Part shown: in pieces, positions 56,701-64,000 of the stretch
How positions within the stretch are numbered: the stretch's first letter is position 1
Layout of the letters: each line of letters begins with the position of its first letter
Assembly (NCBI RefSeq): GCF_006345805.1
Contig: NC_043003.1
Coordinates: 90,024,001-90,088,000, forward strand
DNA length: 64,000 nt
Direction: 5' to 3'
Origin: Octopus sinensis
Lineage: Eukaryota
The notes under the pieces: model-generated
What the model saw: the letters and a program-made list of their open reading frames with translations, nothing else
The model's database searches: none
Told to the model about the DNA's origin: nothing
Translations under genes and position numbers: made by a program

Positions 56701-59700
56701 AAGGCTAAAAGAAGTACAAATACAATACACAGAATAAAACACAAAAAGACAGGAGAGTGAAAGTTAGGAGTTATAGTCATAATAATATTAACAGCTTAAT
56801 TGCAAAAAGAACTTCCAAGCAAAGACATCATTTACAAGTCCAAGGTTACAGTGCTCATAATGGATTGCATACAAACTCCAGGAAAAAAATGTTACCAATG
56901 AAATGGTAAATTTGAATACTTAAAAGGAATTAGATTATATTGCCAGAAATATAACACAATCAACCTCAGATACTCAGTCTTCAGTATATTTTAGGAGTAA
57001 GTTAAATTGCTTTTTAATAATAGACCAATTGGGAACTTACCAATTAATGAGGACAGCTCTGTTATTTCATTGTCACATAGTTGTAATCTTTTGAGAGTTT
57101 TAAGTTTGTATAAAGCTTCGGGTATTTTGGGCAAATTGTTGCTTGACAGATCAATATCTGAAACAATGAAAATGTAAAAAGAAACACAAATAAAAATAGC
57201 AGCATCAGAACCAAGCAATGATTAGGAATAAATGAACTTTAGGTTCATCATCATCATCATCGTTTAGCGTCCGCTTTCCATGCTAGCATGGGTTGGACGG
57301 TTCATCTGGGGTCTGGGAAGCCAGAAGGCAGCACCAGGCCCAGTCTGATCTGGCAAGTTCCTACGGCTGGATGCCCTTCCTAACGCCAACCACTCCGTGA
57401 GTGTAGTGGGTGCTTTTTACGTGCCAGACAAGGCTGGCAAACGGCCACGGTCGGATGGTGCTTTTTACGTACCACCGGTACGGAGGCCAGACGAGGCTGG
57501 CAAACGGCCACAATCGGATGGTGCTTTTTACGTGCCACCGGCACGGAGGCCAGTCGGGGTTGCGCTGGCAACGGCCACATTCAGATGGTTCTCTTATGTG
57601 CCACCGGCACTGGTATCACAGCTACAATTTCCATTGATGTTGATCGATTTTGATTTTCACTTGCCTCAACAGGTTTTCGCAAGCAGAGATTTGTGTCCTA
57701 AGAAGGAAAGGTATGCATAAGTGGACTGGCTACATCCCAGGTAGAGGCCATGGGTTATGATCTCACTTGTCCTGCCGGGTCTTCTCACACACAGCATACT
57801 TCCAAAGGTCTCAGTGGGACCTAAAGTTCGAAGGTCATGCTTCACCACCTCGTCCCAGGTTTTCCTGGGTCTACCTCTTCCACAGGCTCCCTCAACCGCT
57901 AGGGTGTGGCACCTTTTCACACAACTATCTTTATCCATTCTTGCCACATGACCATACCAGCGCAAACGTCTCTCTTGCACACCACAACTGATGCTTCTCA
58001 AGGTACTTACACTCTGTCAAGTATGAAACACTGACATTACACATCCATCGGAGCATACCGGCTTCATTCCTCGCGAGCTTACGCATATCCTCAGCAGTCA
58101 CGGCCCATGTTTTACTGCCATGTAGCATGGCTGTTTGTATACATGCATCATACAGTCTGCCTTTTACTCTGAGCGAGAGGCCTTTTGTCACTAGCAGAGG
58201 TAAGAGCTCTCTGAACTTTGCCCAAGCTATTCTTACTCTAGCAGTTACACTTTCAACACACCCGCCCCCGCTACTGACTTGGTCACCTAGGTAATGGAAG
58301 CTATCAACTATTTCTAGTTTTTCTCCCTGGAATGTGGCGGAAGTTGGTCTCTGTGCATTTTCAGTGTTTATTGCTCCTGAGCATCTGCCACATACAAAAA
58401 CTATCTTCCTAGTTAGCCTTCCTTTGACGTTGCTGCACCTCTTATGTGTCCATAGCTTACACTTGGTGCATCTTATAGAGTTTCTACCTACGCCTTTTCT
58501 ACAGATCAAACAGGGCCATCAACCTGAAGGCATTTGTGACTTGTCTACCTTCCTACTTATTAGGACTTTGGTTTTAGCTAGGTTGACTCTAAGGCCCTTC
58601 GATTCTAATCCTTGCTTCCACACCTGAAACTTCTCCTCCAGTTCTGATAGTGACTCAACAATTAGAGGAAGGTCATCAGCGTAGAGGAGCTATTCATCCA
58701 TTATTGCCTGGAGGACTATGATAAATAGGAGGGGGCTGAGGACTGAACATTCGTGGACCCCTACCTCTACACGGAATTCTTCACTATACTCGTTGCCAAC
58801 CTTCACCTTACTAGCAGCGTCCCTGTACATGGCTCGCACAGCTCTCACTAACCATTTATTTATCCCATGTTTCCTCATTGACCACCAGATAAGGGATCGG
58901 GGGACCCTGTGGAAGGCTTTCTCCATGTCAATGAAAGCCAGGTACAGGGGCTTATCTTTGGCTAGGTATTTCTCCTGCAGCTGTCTTACCAGGAATATAG
59001 CATCAGTGGTACTCTTCCCTGGCACGAACCCAAACTGCATCTCCTCTAAACTAACTCTCTCTCTAATTAGTTGGGCTATGACCCTCTCCGTAATCTTCAT
59101 TACCTGACCCAACAGCTTGATACCTCTGTAATTATTTGTATCTAGGGCGTCACCTTTACCTTTGTAGCAGTTGACTATTATGCTGCTACACCAGTCATTG
59201 GGTATGACTCCTTTGTGTATCACCTGGTTAACTATACGGGTGACTAGGCTATAGCTGACACTACCAGATATTTTGAGCATCTCTGCAGTAATTCCTGATG
59301 GGCCTGGGGCTTTCCCTGTCTTCATGCTTCTAATTGCCTTAACTACCAAGGAACTGTCAACTTGGGTAGCTGGTCCCTCTGTTGGGTCGACATTCAGCAG
59401 ACTCTTTATCCCATTCATTTTCTTTATTCAGCAACCTTTCATAATGGCGTCTCCAAACCTCTTTCAAGTGAACCATCATCCATGCGAACACATTTATCTC
59501 CTACCGCATCACAATTCTCTTTCACACACTGTCTTGCAACACGAAATACCTCAAGTCTTTGGTCCTCACAACGCAGAACATTGGCAAATTTTTTCTTATC
59601 TGCTTCCCCTCTGGCTACATAAACCTGTCTCCTGGCTTCTCTTCTGGCAGTCTGATACGATTCCCTGATACCACCATTCTTCCAGTCCTTCCAAGCCTGT

Positions 59701-62700
59701 CTCTTTTCTCTAATAGCCCTGTCAACAATATTGTTCCACCACCATGTTATTTTAGGTCAAGAGGGAACTTTGCACCAACCACAGATCTTGTCAGTGGCTC
59801 TCAGCAGGTTGTCCCTTAGAAACCTCCAGTTGTCTTCTACCCCATGTGAAGCTATATCCCCTTCTACTTCGTCAAAGGCTTCAAATAATATGTCCCTAAA
59901 TCTCTGTCCATTCGCAGGATCTTTAAGCTTCCAGACCCTTCTTCTCCATGTTGGTCGTCTTCTGGTCGTCCTCTTAGTCCTGATCCTAAAGTCACTAACT
60001 ACCAGTCTATGTTGTGGGGTACATTCTTCGCCTGGGAAGGTTTTGGCATTTATAAGCAGCCATCTTTCCCTTTTCCTGGCAAGGATGTAGTCAATTTGGC
60101 TAGTATGTCGGCCCGATCAGTAGGTGACTAGGTGACTGGTAGGTTTCCTGAAGTTAGTCTTGCAAACCATAAGATCATTTGCATCGCAGAACTCCAGCAG
60201 CCTGGTTCCCTCCTCGTTGCGGGAACCATAACCTCCATGTACACCACGGAAGCCCCCAGTATGTTGTCCAACATGCCCATTGAAGTCACCAGCCACAAAG
60301 AGAAGGTCTCTGTCCTTCGTCAACGAGGTAGTCTGCAGTAAGGTGTCATAGAATCGGTCTTTCTGTCCATCGGGTAGCCCCAGCTGAGGGGCATAGGCCG
60401 ATATAATGGTTGCTAATCCATGATGAAGGACTAATCTAATCTTAAGTATTCTGTCACATACTCTGATTACCTCAATTACCTTATCTACCCATTTTTCAGC
60501 GAGAAGTATACCTATGTCCCCAACCCCATCAGTGTTCCCTGCCCAGAAAATCTTGTACCTGTGTTCTTTGCCTGTGAGGTTAGTTAAAATATGTTTGTGA
60601 TATATTTTAACTTCTAAAGGCAGTGAATTTCACTGCAGTTATCATTGAGAAAAAAATTCTCTCGATGTTAAAAGGTGTAAAAACATCATAATTTGCCCAG
60701 TGCTTCCCTCTAGCAATTCCCAGACACATGTTTCTGGTTCTTTAGTCTTCCTCAAAGGAAGATAATCCTGGACAGATTCAAAGCCAAAGATTTAACTAAA
60801 AACAGTCAACATCAATGACTGAGTGGTGCTAGTGGATTGCCGGGCTGGAATAAAAATAGCAGCATCAGTGCCAAGCACTGATTAGGAATAAACAAACTGT
60901 AAGATAGGTTTGTGACTGACTTTAACTTCTAAAAGCAAATTCACTGTTAGAGTGAAGCACTGGAAAGAGATGGCATTTTTACACCGTTTACAATAAGAGA
61001 GAATTTTTATTCTCCATGGTAACTGTAGTAAATTTGCCTTTTAAAGTTAAAGCATGTCACAAATATATTTTAATTAACCTAAAACAAATAAATGCATACT
61101 CTGTACATACGGAATCTTTTGATATACTTGAGAGATTGTTTTGTTTTTTTTTCTAGAAAATTCCAGTAACATTTTTGAATATATTAAGAGTCAACACAAT
61201 TTTTTTAATGGCTTAAACAGAGGAGGAAGAATACAACTTGTGCAGGAAGGAAGGCAAGAATGCTGTAATGCTAACTACAATAAATTTGGGTTCAGTTTGT
61301 TTACAGTTTTTATAAACCCTACCAAAATGTTAAACAGTCAACTGTCCTATGATTTCTAAGATGTATTTTCAGTAATTTGCAGGTGCTGAATGTTGTTATG
61401 AAGATCATAAAGGGAGAGGAAATGGAACCTACATAGGAACTTTATTTGGTTTAAGATTAAAAGGCAATTAGGAATTACACACAAAAGAAAACAATTATAT
61501 GTTGTTAGTAATGAAATTTACAGGGAATGATAATTAAGAGGATGACTAACCTTGAAGATTGGCTAAAGTGTCCAGTGTTGGTGGGAAATGGCTGAGACGT
61601 CTCTCTGAATTCTTCATGTGTAGTGTTGTTAAAGAAGTCAATGCTGGTAATTGGCTGCAAAACAATGAAATACAAGTTCACTATATTTTAGGGTAAACAC
61701 TTGTATGCTGATGGTTCTGGCTGTACTCGGTCTCCAAATACAGGAGACAATCTCTCATCAAGCAGCTCTGTGGTTGTTTCAGCTCCCCTCCAATGCAACA
61801 TCAGAGCTGCCTGAAACCACCTACTGAGGTAGGTGGCAAAAGTCTTACATAACAGTATGGGCTTGGCTGAATCAGATCATGCAACTCTGGGATAGATGTT
61901 TTTATCATTGTCACTGCTCATTTTTGCTATACCACTCATCCATTCTTTTGAACCAAATGTAATGGCTTACTGTCTCAGTGGCTTCTGACAATTTCCTGGC
62001 AACATCTTTTTCCTCCTTTTAAGCTAGACCAAAAATCTGAGTATTGAGTGGACCCTTGTCCCAACACTTGTCTCTAAAGGAAGGTATATTGCCTCCCATC
62101 CATTGTTTTCAAAGGGTTTAACCAACTCACTATATTTTCTGTATTTCTTGAGGAAAGCATCTTTGATGTTTGCTTCCCAGGGAATTGTCAGCTCTAATAT
62201 CTTTACCAACTTCCTTTCCTTGCACCACATGACAAGGTTGGGTCTTTTAGTGGCAAAATGTGGGAAGCAATAGTTACCATCAACGTCAACAGAGACTTCC
62301 CAAGTCCCCCACCCCATTTTGGATAATTTTTCTTCCTTACAGTGGCTGGCATATAATGTTCACCTTCTCTGCAAAACTATCGTCCCAAGCTCCACTACTT
62401 TCACCATTGCTTATTTGCTTTACTCTCTCCACCACTGCAACAGCTAATATTCTGAGTACTTGGTTATGCTGCCATGTGTATCTGTGCTCCAAATCTAATG
62501 GGCAATTGCAGAGTATTTGTCTCATTGTTCTGACCTTTCCACAGACCACACACATCTTTCTTCAAATGCTTTAGGTTTTACAAAGATTAGGCAGCATGTA
62601 GACAGAATGGTCTCCATGACCAAAGTTCTTTCCAGCCTACCTTTCACCCAACCACAAACTCCTCCCAAGAGGTACACTGTCCCTGTTGGCTACACTGTAT

Positions 62701-63258
62701 GAACTCCATATAGTGGCTTTTCACCTTTCCTTTCTTTATTTGGTTGGCTACTGTAGTTTTTCTCTCCTTCTACTTATATCACATAACTCATCATCACTTA
62801 ACACCTATTGTCATGGATTGGACATTTTGATCAGAGTTGGCAAGCAAGAGAGCTACATCAAGCTCCAGTCTGATTTGGCATGATCTCTATGTCTGGATGC
62901 CCTTCCTAACACCAACCACTTTGCAGAGTGTGCTGAGTGCTTTTATGTGGCACCAGCACATGACTCTTGCAGGTCAGTCTTTTCCAACAGGGGGACCAGG
63001 CTTAACACTTCTGCTGTGGAGTGCAGGTATTCTTGTAATATAAACATATAACTATATATATCTATATATGGTTTCCTCAAAAGCAGACACACACACACAC
63101 ACAGTTGAACACATGCAGTTAATAGTCAATAGCCCTATTGTACATGCTATGAAATGGAACAGAACCAACTTACCGCAGCTGAGCATGAATTAAAGGATTG
63201 TTGTTCAGTTTCAAAGTTTGTAAACTTGTTAGGCGTCGTATCTGGGGTGGAAGAGTCT
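1432..63258 (-). CDS. FLII: Protein flightless-1 homolog (LRR + gelsolin repeats), 30 coding exons in window, 5' exons beyond right edge
   Basis: Hand-spliced exons give a continuous ORF: LRRs (TLPPQIRRL..., [22 protein letters not shown]), linker ([28 protein letters not shown]), gelsolin repeats ([81 protein letters not shown]) and C-terminus [16 protein letters not shown]. All introns are GT-AG with matching phases. Confidence 0.97.
1607..2280 (-). mobile_element. Head-to-tail array of ~4 copies (some partial) of a ~200-bp tRNA-like SINE separated by (TAA)n
   Basis: Repeated blocks 'ctttctact..aggcacaaggcctgaaattt...cgaccccagt...actggtactta...aaaggcaaa'; reverse complement of the copies at 10232 and 54309. 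Confidence 0.75.
2340..2840 (-). mobile_element. Degenerate Tc1/mariner transposase remnant
   Basis: Minus strand gives [12 protein letters not shown] (~2690-2725) and [13 protein letters not shown] (~2592-2630), the QQD and SPDLNP motifs; TA+CAGGGTG terminus at ~2337-2345. Confidence 0.75.
4234..4347 (-). CDS. FLII: FLII exon
   Basis: [38 protein letters not shown]; ag/gtgaca. Confidence 0.95.
4931..5023 (-). CDS. FLII: FLII exon
   Basis: [31 protein letters not shown]; ag/gtaaaa. Confidence 0.94.
5190..5300. repeat. Degenerate ~22-bp tandem repeat
   Basis: Recurring 'gggact.tctat.gaaact.ac' units, about 5 copies. Confidence 0.55.
6179..6386 (+). mobile_element. TTAA-flanked piggyBac-like MITE, family B
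   Basis: TTAA ends; internal 'aaagttattttactaa...' shared with copies at 22542, 40643, 41406 and 42051. Confidence 0.55.
6428..6461. repeat. (GA)n microsatellite
   Basis: Direct reading. Confidence 0.95.
6523..6612 (-). CDS. FLII: FLII exon
   Basis: [30 protein letters not shown]; ag/gttagt. Confidence 0.93.
7860..8160. mobile_element. Interspersed SINE-like repeat (second copy ~8755-9050)
   Basis: Shared 'cagttgatctgatcaa..gaacagc...gagcactcca..gaca...gtgtgacaa.gctgg...gccagctgagtggactgcag'; direct copies on both sides of the 8363-8486 exon. Confidence 0.7.
8363..8486 (-). CDS. FLII: FLII exon
   Basis: [41 protein letters not shown]; ag/gtaagt. Confidence 0.93.
10232..10450 (+). mobile_element. 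tRNA-like SINE (another copy ~54309-54520)
   Basis: Head 'ggcagcaagctggcaga', B-box-like GAGTTCAAATTCC; body matches the 1607-2280 array. Confidence 0.7.
11337..11374 (-). CDS. FLII: FLII small exon (38 nt)
   Basis: [13 protein letters not shown]; tacag/gtaagt. Confidence 0.88.
12494..12623. mobile_element. Mariner-derived MITE (130 bp)
   Basis: TIRs TTAGGTTGTCCCAAAAGTTCGTAAACA / TGTTTACGAACTTTTGGGACAACCTTA, TA on both sides. Confidence 0.85.
12813..13029 (-). CDS. FLII: FLII exon
   Basis: [43 protein letters not shown]...[16 protein letters not shown]; ag/gtatag. Confidence 0.95.
13430..14450 (+). mobile_element. Highly degenerate CR1/L2-group LINE RT fragment, interrupted by an RTE-derived SINE
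   Basis: Decayed GSxLGPxLFxIYIN (~13452) and KYTDNIKL (YADD equivalent, ~13532); related fragments at ~15205-15605 and ~54000-54100. Confidence 0.55.
13929..14146 (+). mobile_element. RTE 3'-end-derived element with (GAT)n tail
   Basis: Matches the 3' UTR of the RTE LINE at 57246 ('ccaacccatgctagcatgga...gatgatgat'); flanked by gaat(a/g)ttgc, a possible TSD. Confidence 0.85.
14851..15040 (-). CDS. FLII: FLII exon
   Basis: [26 protein letters not shown]...[24 protein letters not shown]; ag/gtttgt. Confidence 0.95.
16521..16617 (-). CDS. FLII: FLII exon
   Basis: [33 protein letters not shown]; ag/gtacat. Confidence 0.93.
16790..17020 (+). mobile_element. LINE C-terminal remnant with C2H2-like finger
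   Basis: [22 protein letters not shown] read from ~16947; resembles the terminal zinc finger of RTE-type ORFs. Confidence 0.45.
17664..17747 (-). CDS. FLII: FLII exon
   Basis: [28 protein letters not shown]; ag/gtaagt. Confidence 0.92.
18790..19322 (-). mobile_element. RTE-derived 3' fragment with (CAT)n tail and a terminal inversion
   Basis: (CAT)n then 'tttaacatccattttccatgctggcatgggttgga'; internal repeats; the last ~100 bp are inverted. Confidence 0.75.
20058..20166 (-). CDS. FLII: FLII exon
   Basis: [36 protein letters not shown]; ag/gtaaag. Confidence 0.93.
20647..20788 (+). mobile_element. tRNA-derived SINE fragment
   Basis: A box TGGCATCGTGG, anticodon-like arm gggCTACTAAccc, B box GAGTTCGATTC; acceptor stem incomplete. 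Confidence 0.6.
21242..21355 (-). CDS. FLII: FLII exon
   Basis: [38 protein letters not shown]; ag/gtaagt. Confidence 0.94.
21469..21556 (-). CDS. FLII: FLII exon
   Basis: [30 protein letters not shown]; ag/gtaagt. Confidence 0.93.
22338..22376. repeat. (CA)n microsatellite
   Basis: Direct reading. Confidence 0.95.
22542..22763 (+). mobile_element. TTAA-flanked piggyBac-like MITE, family B
   Basis: TTAA-TCCTTTCATTAC ... GTAACAAAAGGT-TTAA. Confidence 0.7.
23174..23258 (-). CDS. FLII: FLII exon
   Basis: [28 protein letters not shown]; ag/gtaaca. Confidence 0.93.
24974..25262. mobile_element. hAT/Charlie-type MITE
   Basis: Ends 'tggttctcaa' / 'ttgagaaccactg'; flanks atctagaa / atctgaag resemble the NTCTAGAN target preference. 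Confidence 0.65.
25430..25960 (+). mobile_element. Degenerate RTE LINE C-terminal fragment
   Basis: LLYGAE*W-like motif (~25617) and [21 protein letters not shown]. Confidence 0.55.
26588..26791. mobile_element. TTAA-flanked piggyBac-like MITE, family A (inverted copy ~9358-9568)
   Basis: TTAA-CTCTTTAGCATT ... AATGTTAAAGGG-TTAA. Confidence 0.75.
28676..29402. repeat. Two identical 325-bp palindromes in tandem (402-bp period) embedded in (TA)n; Penelope-like terminal-repeat remnant
   Basis: Arms of 162 bp around a single A (28838, 29240) with one mismatch; each arm holds a hammerhead-like motif. Confidence 0.9.
29950..30225 (-). mobile_element. Degenerate RTE LINE C-terminal fragment
   Basis: [11 protein letters not shown]... 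and [19 protein letters not shown]...GRMEGSRSR, typical of RTE ORF ends. Confidence 0.6.
30233..31100 (-). mobile_element. Two adjacent RTE 3'-UTR-derived elements with (CAT)n tails (30233-30560; 30589-31100)
   Basis: Homology to 57246-57720, including the internal 'gtgcttttacgtgccac' subrepeats. Confidence 0.8.
31574..31703 (-). CDS. FLII: FLII exon
   Basis: [43 protein letters not shown]; ag/gtaagt. Confidence 0.93.
32206..32321 (-). CDS. FLII: FLII exon
   Basis: [39 protein letters not shown]; ag/gtaaa. Confidence 0.92.
33107..33163 (-). CDS. FLII: FLII exon
   Basis: [19 protein letters not shown]; ttcag/gtaagt; fills the expected gap in phase 0. Confidence 0.85.
34807..34992 (-). CDS. 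FLII: FLII exon
   Basis: [62 protein letters not shown]; ag/gtgagt. Confidence 0.95.
35238..35350 (-). CDS. FLII: FLII exon
   Basis: [37 protein letters not shown]; ag/gtaagt. Confidence 0.94.
36078..36582. repeat. 23-bp minisatellite, ~21-22 copies
   Basis: Consensus AGCACTGCTACAGTAGAGGTCGT. Confidence 0.9.
37370..37420 (-). CDS. FLII: FLII exon (gelsolin repeat 1)
   Basis: [17 protein letters not shown]; ag/gtgagt. Confidence 0.92.
37730..40376 (-). mobile_element. Fossil hAT (Charlie/SPIN/GTF2IRD2-like) DNA transposon with frameshifted transposase
   Basis: ORF pieces [71 protein letters not shown]; 5' TIR-like CAGGGGTGGGGAAAAC ending at 40376; other TIR not found. Confidence 0.88.
40643..40874 (+). 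mobile_element. piggyBac-like MITE, family B
   Basis: Homologous to 41406-41629 and to the reverse complement of 42051-42273. Confidence 0.65.
41097..41179 (-). CDS. FLII: FLII exon (linker)
   Basis: [28 protein letters not shown]; ag/gtatgg. Confidence 0.9.
41406..41629 (+). mobile_element. piggyBac-like MITE, family B
   Basis: TTAA start; end 'gcagtgtatttcaacagaaatatggtaacaaaaagg'. Confidence 0.65.
41645..41715 (-). CDS. FLII: FLII exon (linker)
   Basis: [24 protein letters not shown]; ag/gtgagc. Confidence 0.88.
41857..41936 (-). CDS. FLII: FLII exon (linker, basic stretch)
   Basis: [27 protein letters not shown]; ag/gtctga. Confidence 0.9.
42051..42273 (-). mobile_element. piggyBac-like MITE, family B, inverted orientation
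   Basis: TTAA...AAAAGGG-TTAA; reverse complement of the 40643 and 41406 copies. Confidence 0.7.
43171..43324 (-). CDS. FLII: FLII exon (last LRR and linker)
   Basis: [51 protein letters not shown]; ag/gtaggt. Confidence 0.94.
43360..44046 (+). mobile_element. RTE LINE 3' fragment with (GAT)n tail
   Basis: [20 protein letters not shown] matches the 57666-58001 ORF. Confidence 0.75.
43776..43943. mobile_element. MITE with ~30-bp internal subrepeats nested in the RTE fragment
   Basis: TIR-like CAGTAAGTTCACTGC / GCAGTGAACTTAACTG; repeats of 'gtgaacttt....acagtaaattgatgg'. Confidence 0.6.
45181..45729 (-). mobile_element. ~550-bp non-autonomous retroelement inserted in (TA)n, probably RTE-related
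   Basis: GC-richer block bounded by TA repeats; 'ctaggagaagg' motif resembles RTE 5' UTRs; no credible ORF. Confidence 0.5.
45763..47228 (-). mobile_element. CR1-group LINE copy 1, 5'-truncated, RT core deleted
   Basis: [62 protein letters not shown]; lacks the GVPQG/YADD segment. Confidence 0.92.
47229..47968. repeat. ~740-bp compound (TA)n/(TACA)n microsatellite
   Basis: Direct reading; source of the many Y/I/M-rich spurious ORFs. Confidence 0.95.
47968..48313. mobile_element. Non-autonomous DNA-transposon-like repeat with CCCTAA-like subrepeats; central part G-rich and A-poor
   Basis: CCCTAA/CCTAAA repeats at 47968-48010, AT-rich end 'aaaggtaaagatcct'; family not identified. Confidence 0.45.
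48360..48760 (+). mobile_element. RTE 3'-UTR-derived element with ~57-bp subrepeats and (GAT)n tail
   Basis: Four 'cacgtaaaagcacc' units, then the conserved 3' end. Confidence 0.85.
48794..50487 (-). mobile_element. CR1-group LINE copy 2, 5'-truncated, with frameshifts
   Basis: [36 protein letters not shown]; (CAAT)n tail; close to copy 1 in sequence. Confidence 0.93.
50515..51202 (-). mobile_element. Probable Penelope-like element terminal-repeat remnant
   Basis: Starts in a TA repeat and carries a minimal hammerhead motif at 50620-50657; runs into the gap. Confidence 0.5.
50620..50657 (-). ncRNA. Minimal type-I hammerhead ribozyme motif (Penelope type)
   Basis: CUGU-CUGAUGA-ACG(GCAA)CGA-GAAA-CUC-A-GAG-UA-ACAG; intact core, stem I CUGU/ACAG, near-palindromic stem III; the closing pair of stem II is A-A. 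Confidence 0.7.
51203..51302. other. Assembly gap (100 N)
   Basis: Run of N. Confidence 1.
51303..51612 (-). mobile_element. CR1-group LINE fragment (diverged relative of copies 1 and 2)
   Basis: [13 protein letters not shown]...[11 protein letters not shown]...[10 protein letters not shown]. Confidence 0.85.
52386..52470 (-). CDS. FLII: FLII exon (LRR)
   Basis: [28 protein letters not shown]; ag/gtaag. Confidence 0.93.
53276..53433 (-). CDS. FLII: FLII exon (LRR)
   Basis: [53 protein letters not shown]; ag/gtaagt. Confidence 0.95.
54934..54992 (-). CDS. FLII: FLII exon (LRR)
   Basis: [20 protein letters not shown]; ag/gtgagt. Confidence 0.92.
57041..57157 (-). CDS. FLII: FLII exon (LRR)
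   Basis: [39 protein letters not shown]; ag/gtaagt. Confidence 0.93.
57246..60578 (-). mobile_element. RTE-clade LINE, 3.3 kb, 5'-truncated, frameshifted
   Basis: APE motifs ([20 protein letters not shown]), RT motifs ([38 protein letters not shown]), PHD-like finger, GRGRPRKTW, 3' UTR subrepeats and (GAT)n tail; 'aggtt' at both junctions. Confidence 0.95.
61551..61654 (-). CDS. FLII: FLII exon (LRR)
   Basis: [34 protein letters not shown]; ag/gttagt. Confidence 0.92.
62000..62620 (-). mobile_element. REL-endonuclease non-LTR retrotransposon C-terminal fragment (HERO/NeSL/R2-group)
   Basis: Decayed CCHC (CVVC...QILCNC), [35 protein letters not shown]. Confidence 0.8.
63174..63258 (-). CDS. 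FLII: FLII exon (LRR)
   Basis: tgcag|AG ACT CTT...CTG CG|gtaagt; [29 protein letters not shown]. Confidence 0.93.
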
Positions 63259-63380
63259 CTGCAATTAGAGAGTTAGAACACTTTTTTTTTTAACTGAAAC
63301 AAAATTTCTTCTTTTTTTTTAAGCAATTGTCAGAATGAGGATATTTTCTCAAAACAGTAAACAGACATTTAGGTCTAAGA

Positions 63381-64000
63381 GATCATCATCATCATTTAAT
63401 GTCCATCGTCCATGCTGGCATGGGTTGGATGGTTTGACCAGTGCTGGCAAGCTGGAAGGCTTCACCAGACTCCAGTCTGATTTGGCTTGGTTTCTTTGGC
63501 TGGATGCCCTTCCTAACACCAACCACTCCAAGAGTGTAATAGGTGCTTTTACATGCCACCAGCACAGGTGCCATTTGTGTGACAGCAGTATCTGCCACAA
63601 CTGTGATTTTACTTAGTTTGATGGGTCTTCTCAAGCATGACATAATCCAAAGGTCTCAGTCATTGCCTCCATGAAGCACAATACTTGAAAGGAGTTTTTC
63701 ATGTGTCACTAGCATCAGCCAATTTACCTCTGTGAGGCCTAATGTTCAAAAGGTGCTTTTTACATGCCACCAACATGGGTGCCAGTTACATGACACTAAC
63801 ATCAGCCATGACTACAATTTCACTTGGATCGACAGGTCTTCTCAAGCACAGCATATTGTCAAAGGTCTCTGTCACCAGTCATTGCCTCTGTGAGTCCCAA
63901 ACTTCAAAAATTATGCTTCACCACCTCGTCCCATGTACTCCTGGGTCTACCTCTACCACAGGTACCTTCTACAGTTAGAGATCCACACTTCTTTACACAA
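63381..64000 (-). mobile_element. RTE 3' fragment with (CAT)n tail, continuing past the window edge
   Basis: Same 3' UTR motifs; ends in [15 protein letters not shown] coding remnant. Confidence 0.8.

Overview
AT-rich, intron-rich animal genomic DNA. The SINE/RTE/MITE repertoire resembles octopus or another coleoid cephalopod; this is an inference from repeat types only. The whole window lies inside one minus-strand gene, flightless-I (FLII; N-terminal LRRs plus gelsolin repeats). I could trace 30 coding exons with GT-AG boundaries and consistent phases from 63258 down to the TGA stop at 1432-1434 (3227 nt, about 1075 codons). The first exons lie beyond the right edge. The introns hold fossil and recent transposons: Tc1/mariner, a hAT transposase, piggyBac-like/hAT/mariner MITEs, CR1-group LINEs, a 3.3-kb RTE LINE with a PHD-like finger, a REL-endonuclease retroelement, tRNA-derived and RTE-derived SINEs, and Penelope-like remnants. 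They also hold microsatellites and a 100-N gap. The most unusual signals are: (1) a ~200-bp patch whose composition suggests clustered A-to-G (ADAR-type) hypermutation fixed in DNA; (2) minimal Penelope-type hammerhead ribozyme motifs, including a U3-A8 core variant carried four times in a tandemly duplicated 325-bp palindrome; (3) many local fold-backs and inverted repeats, one pair bracketing an in-frame three-exon block.
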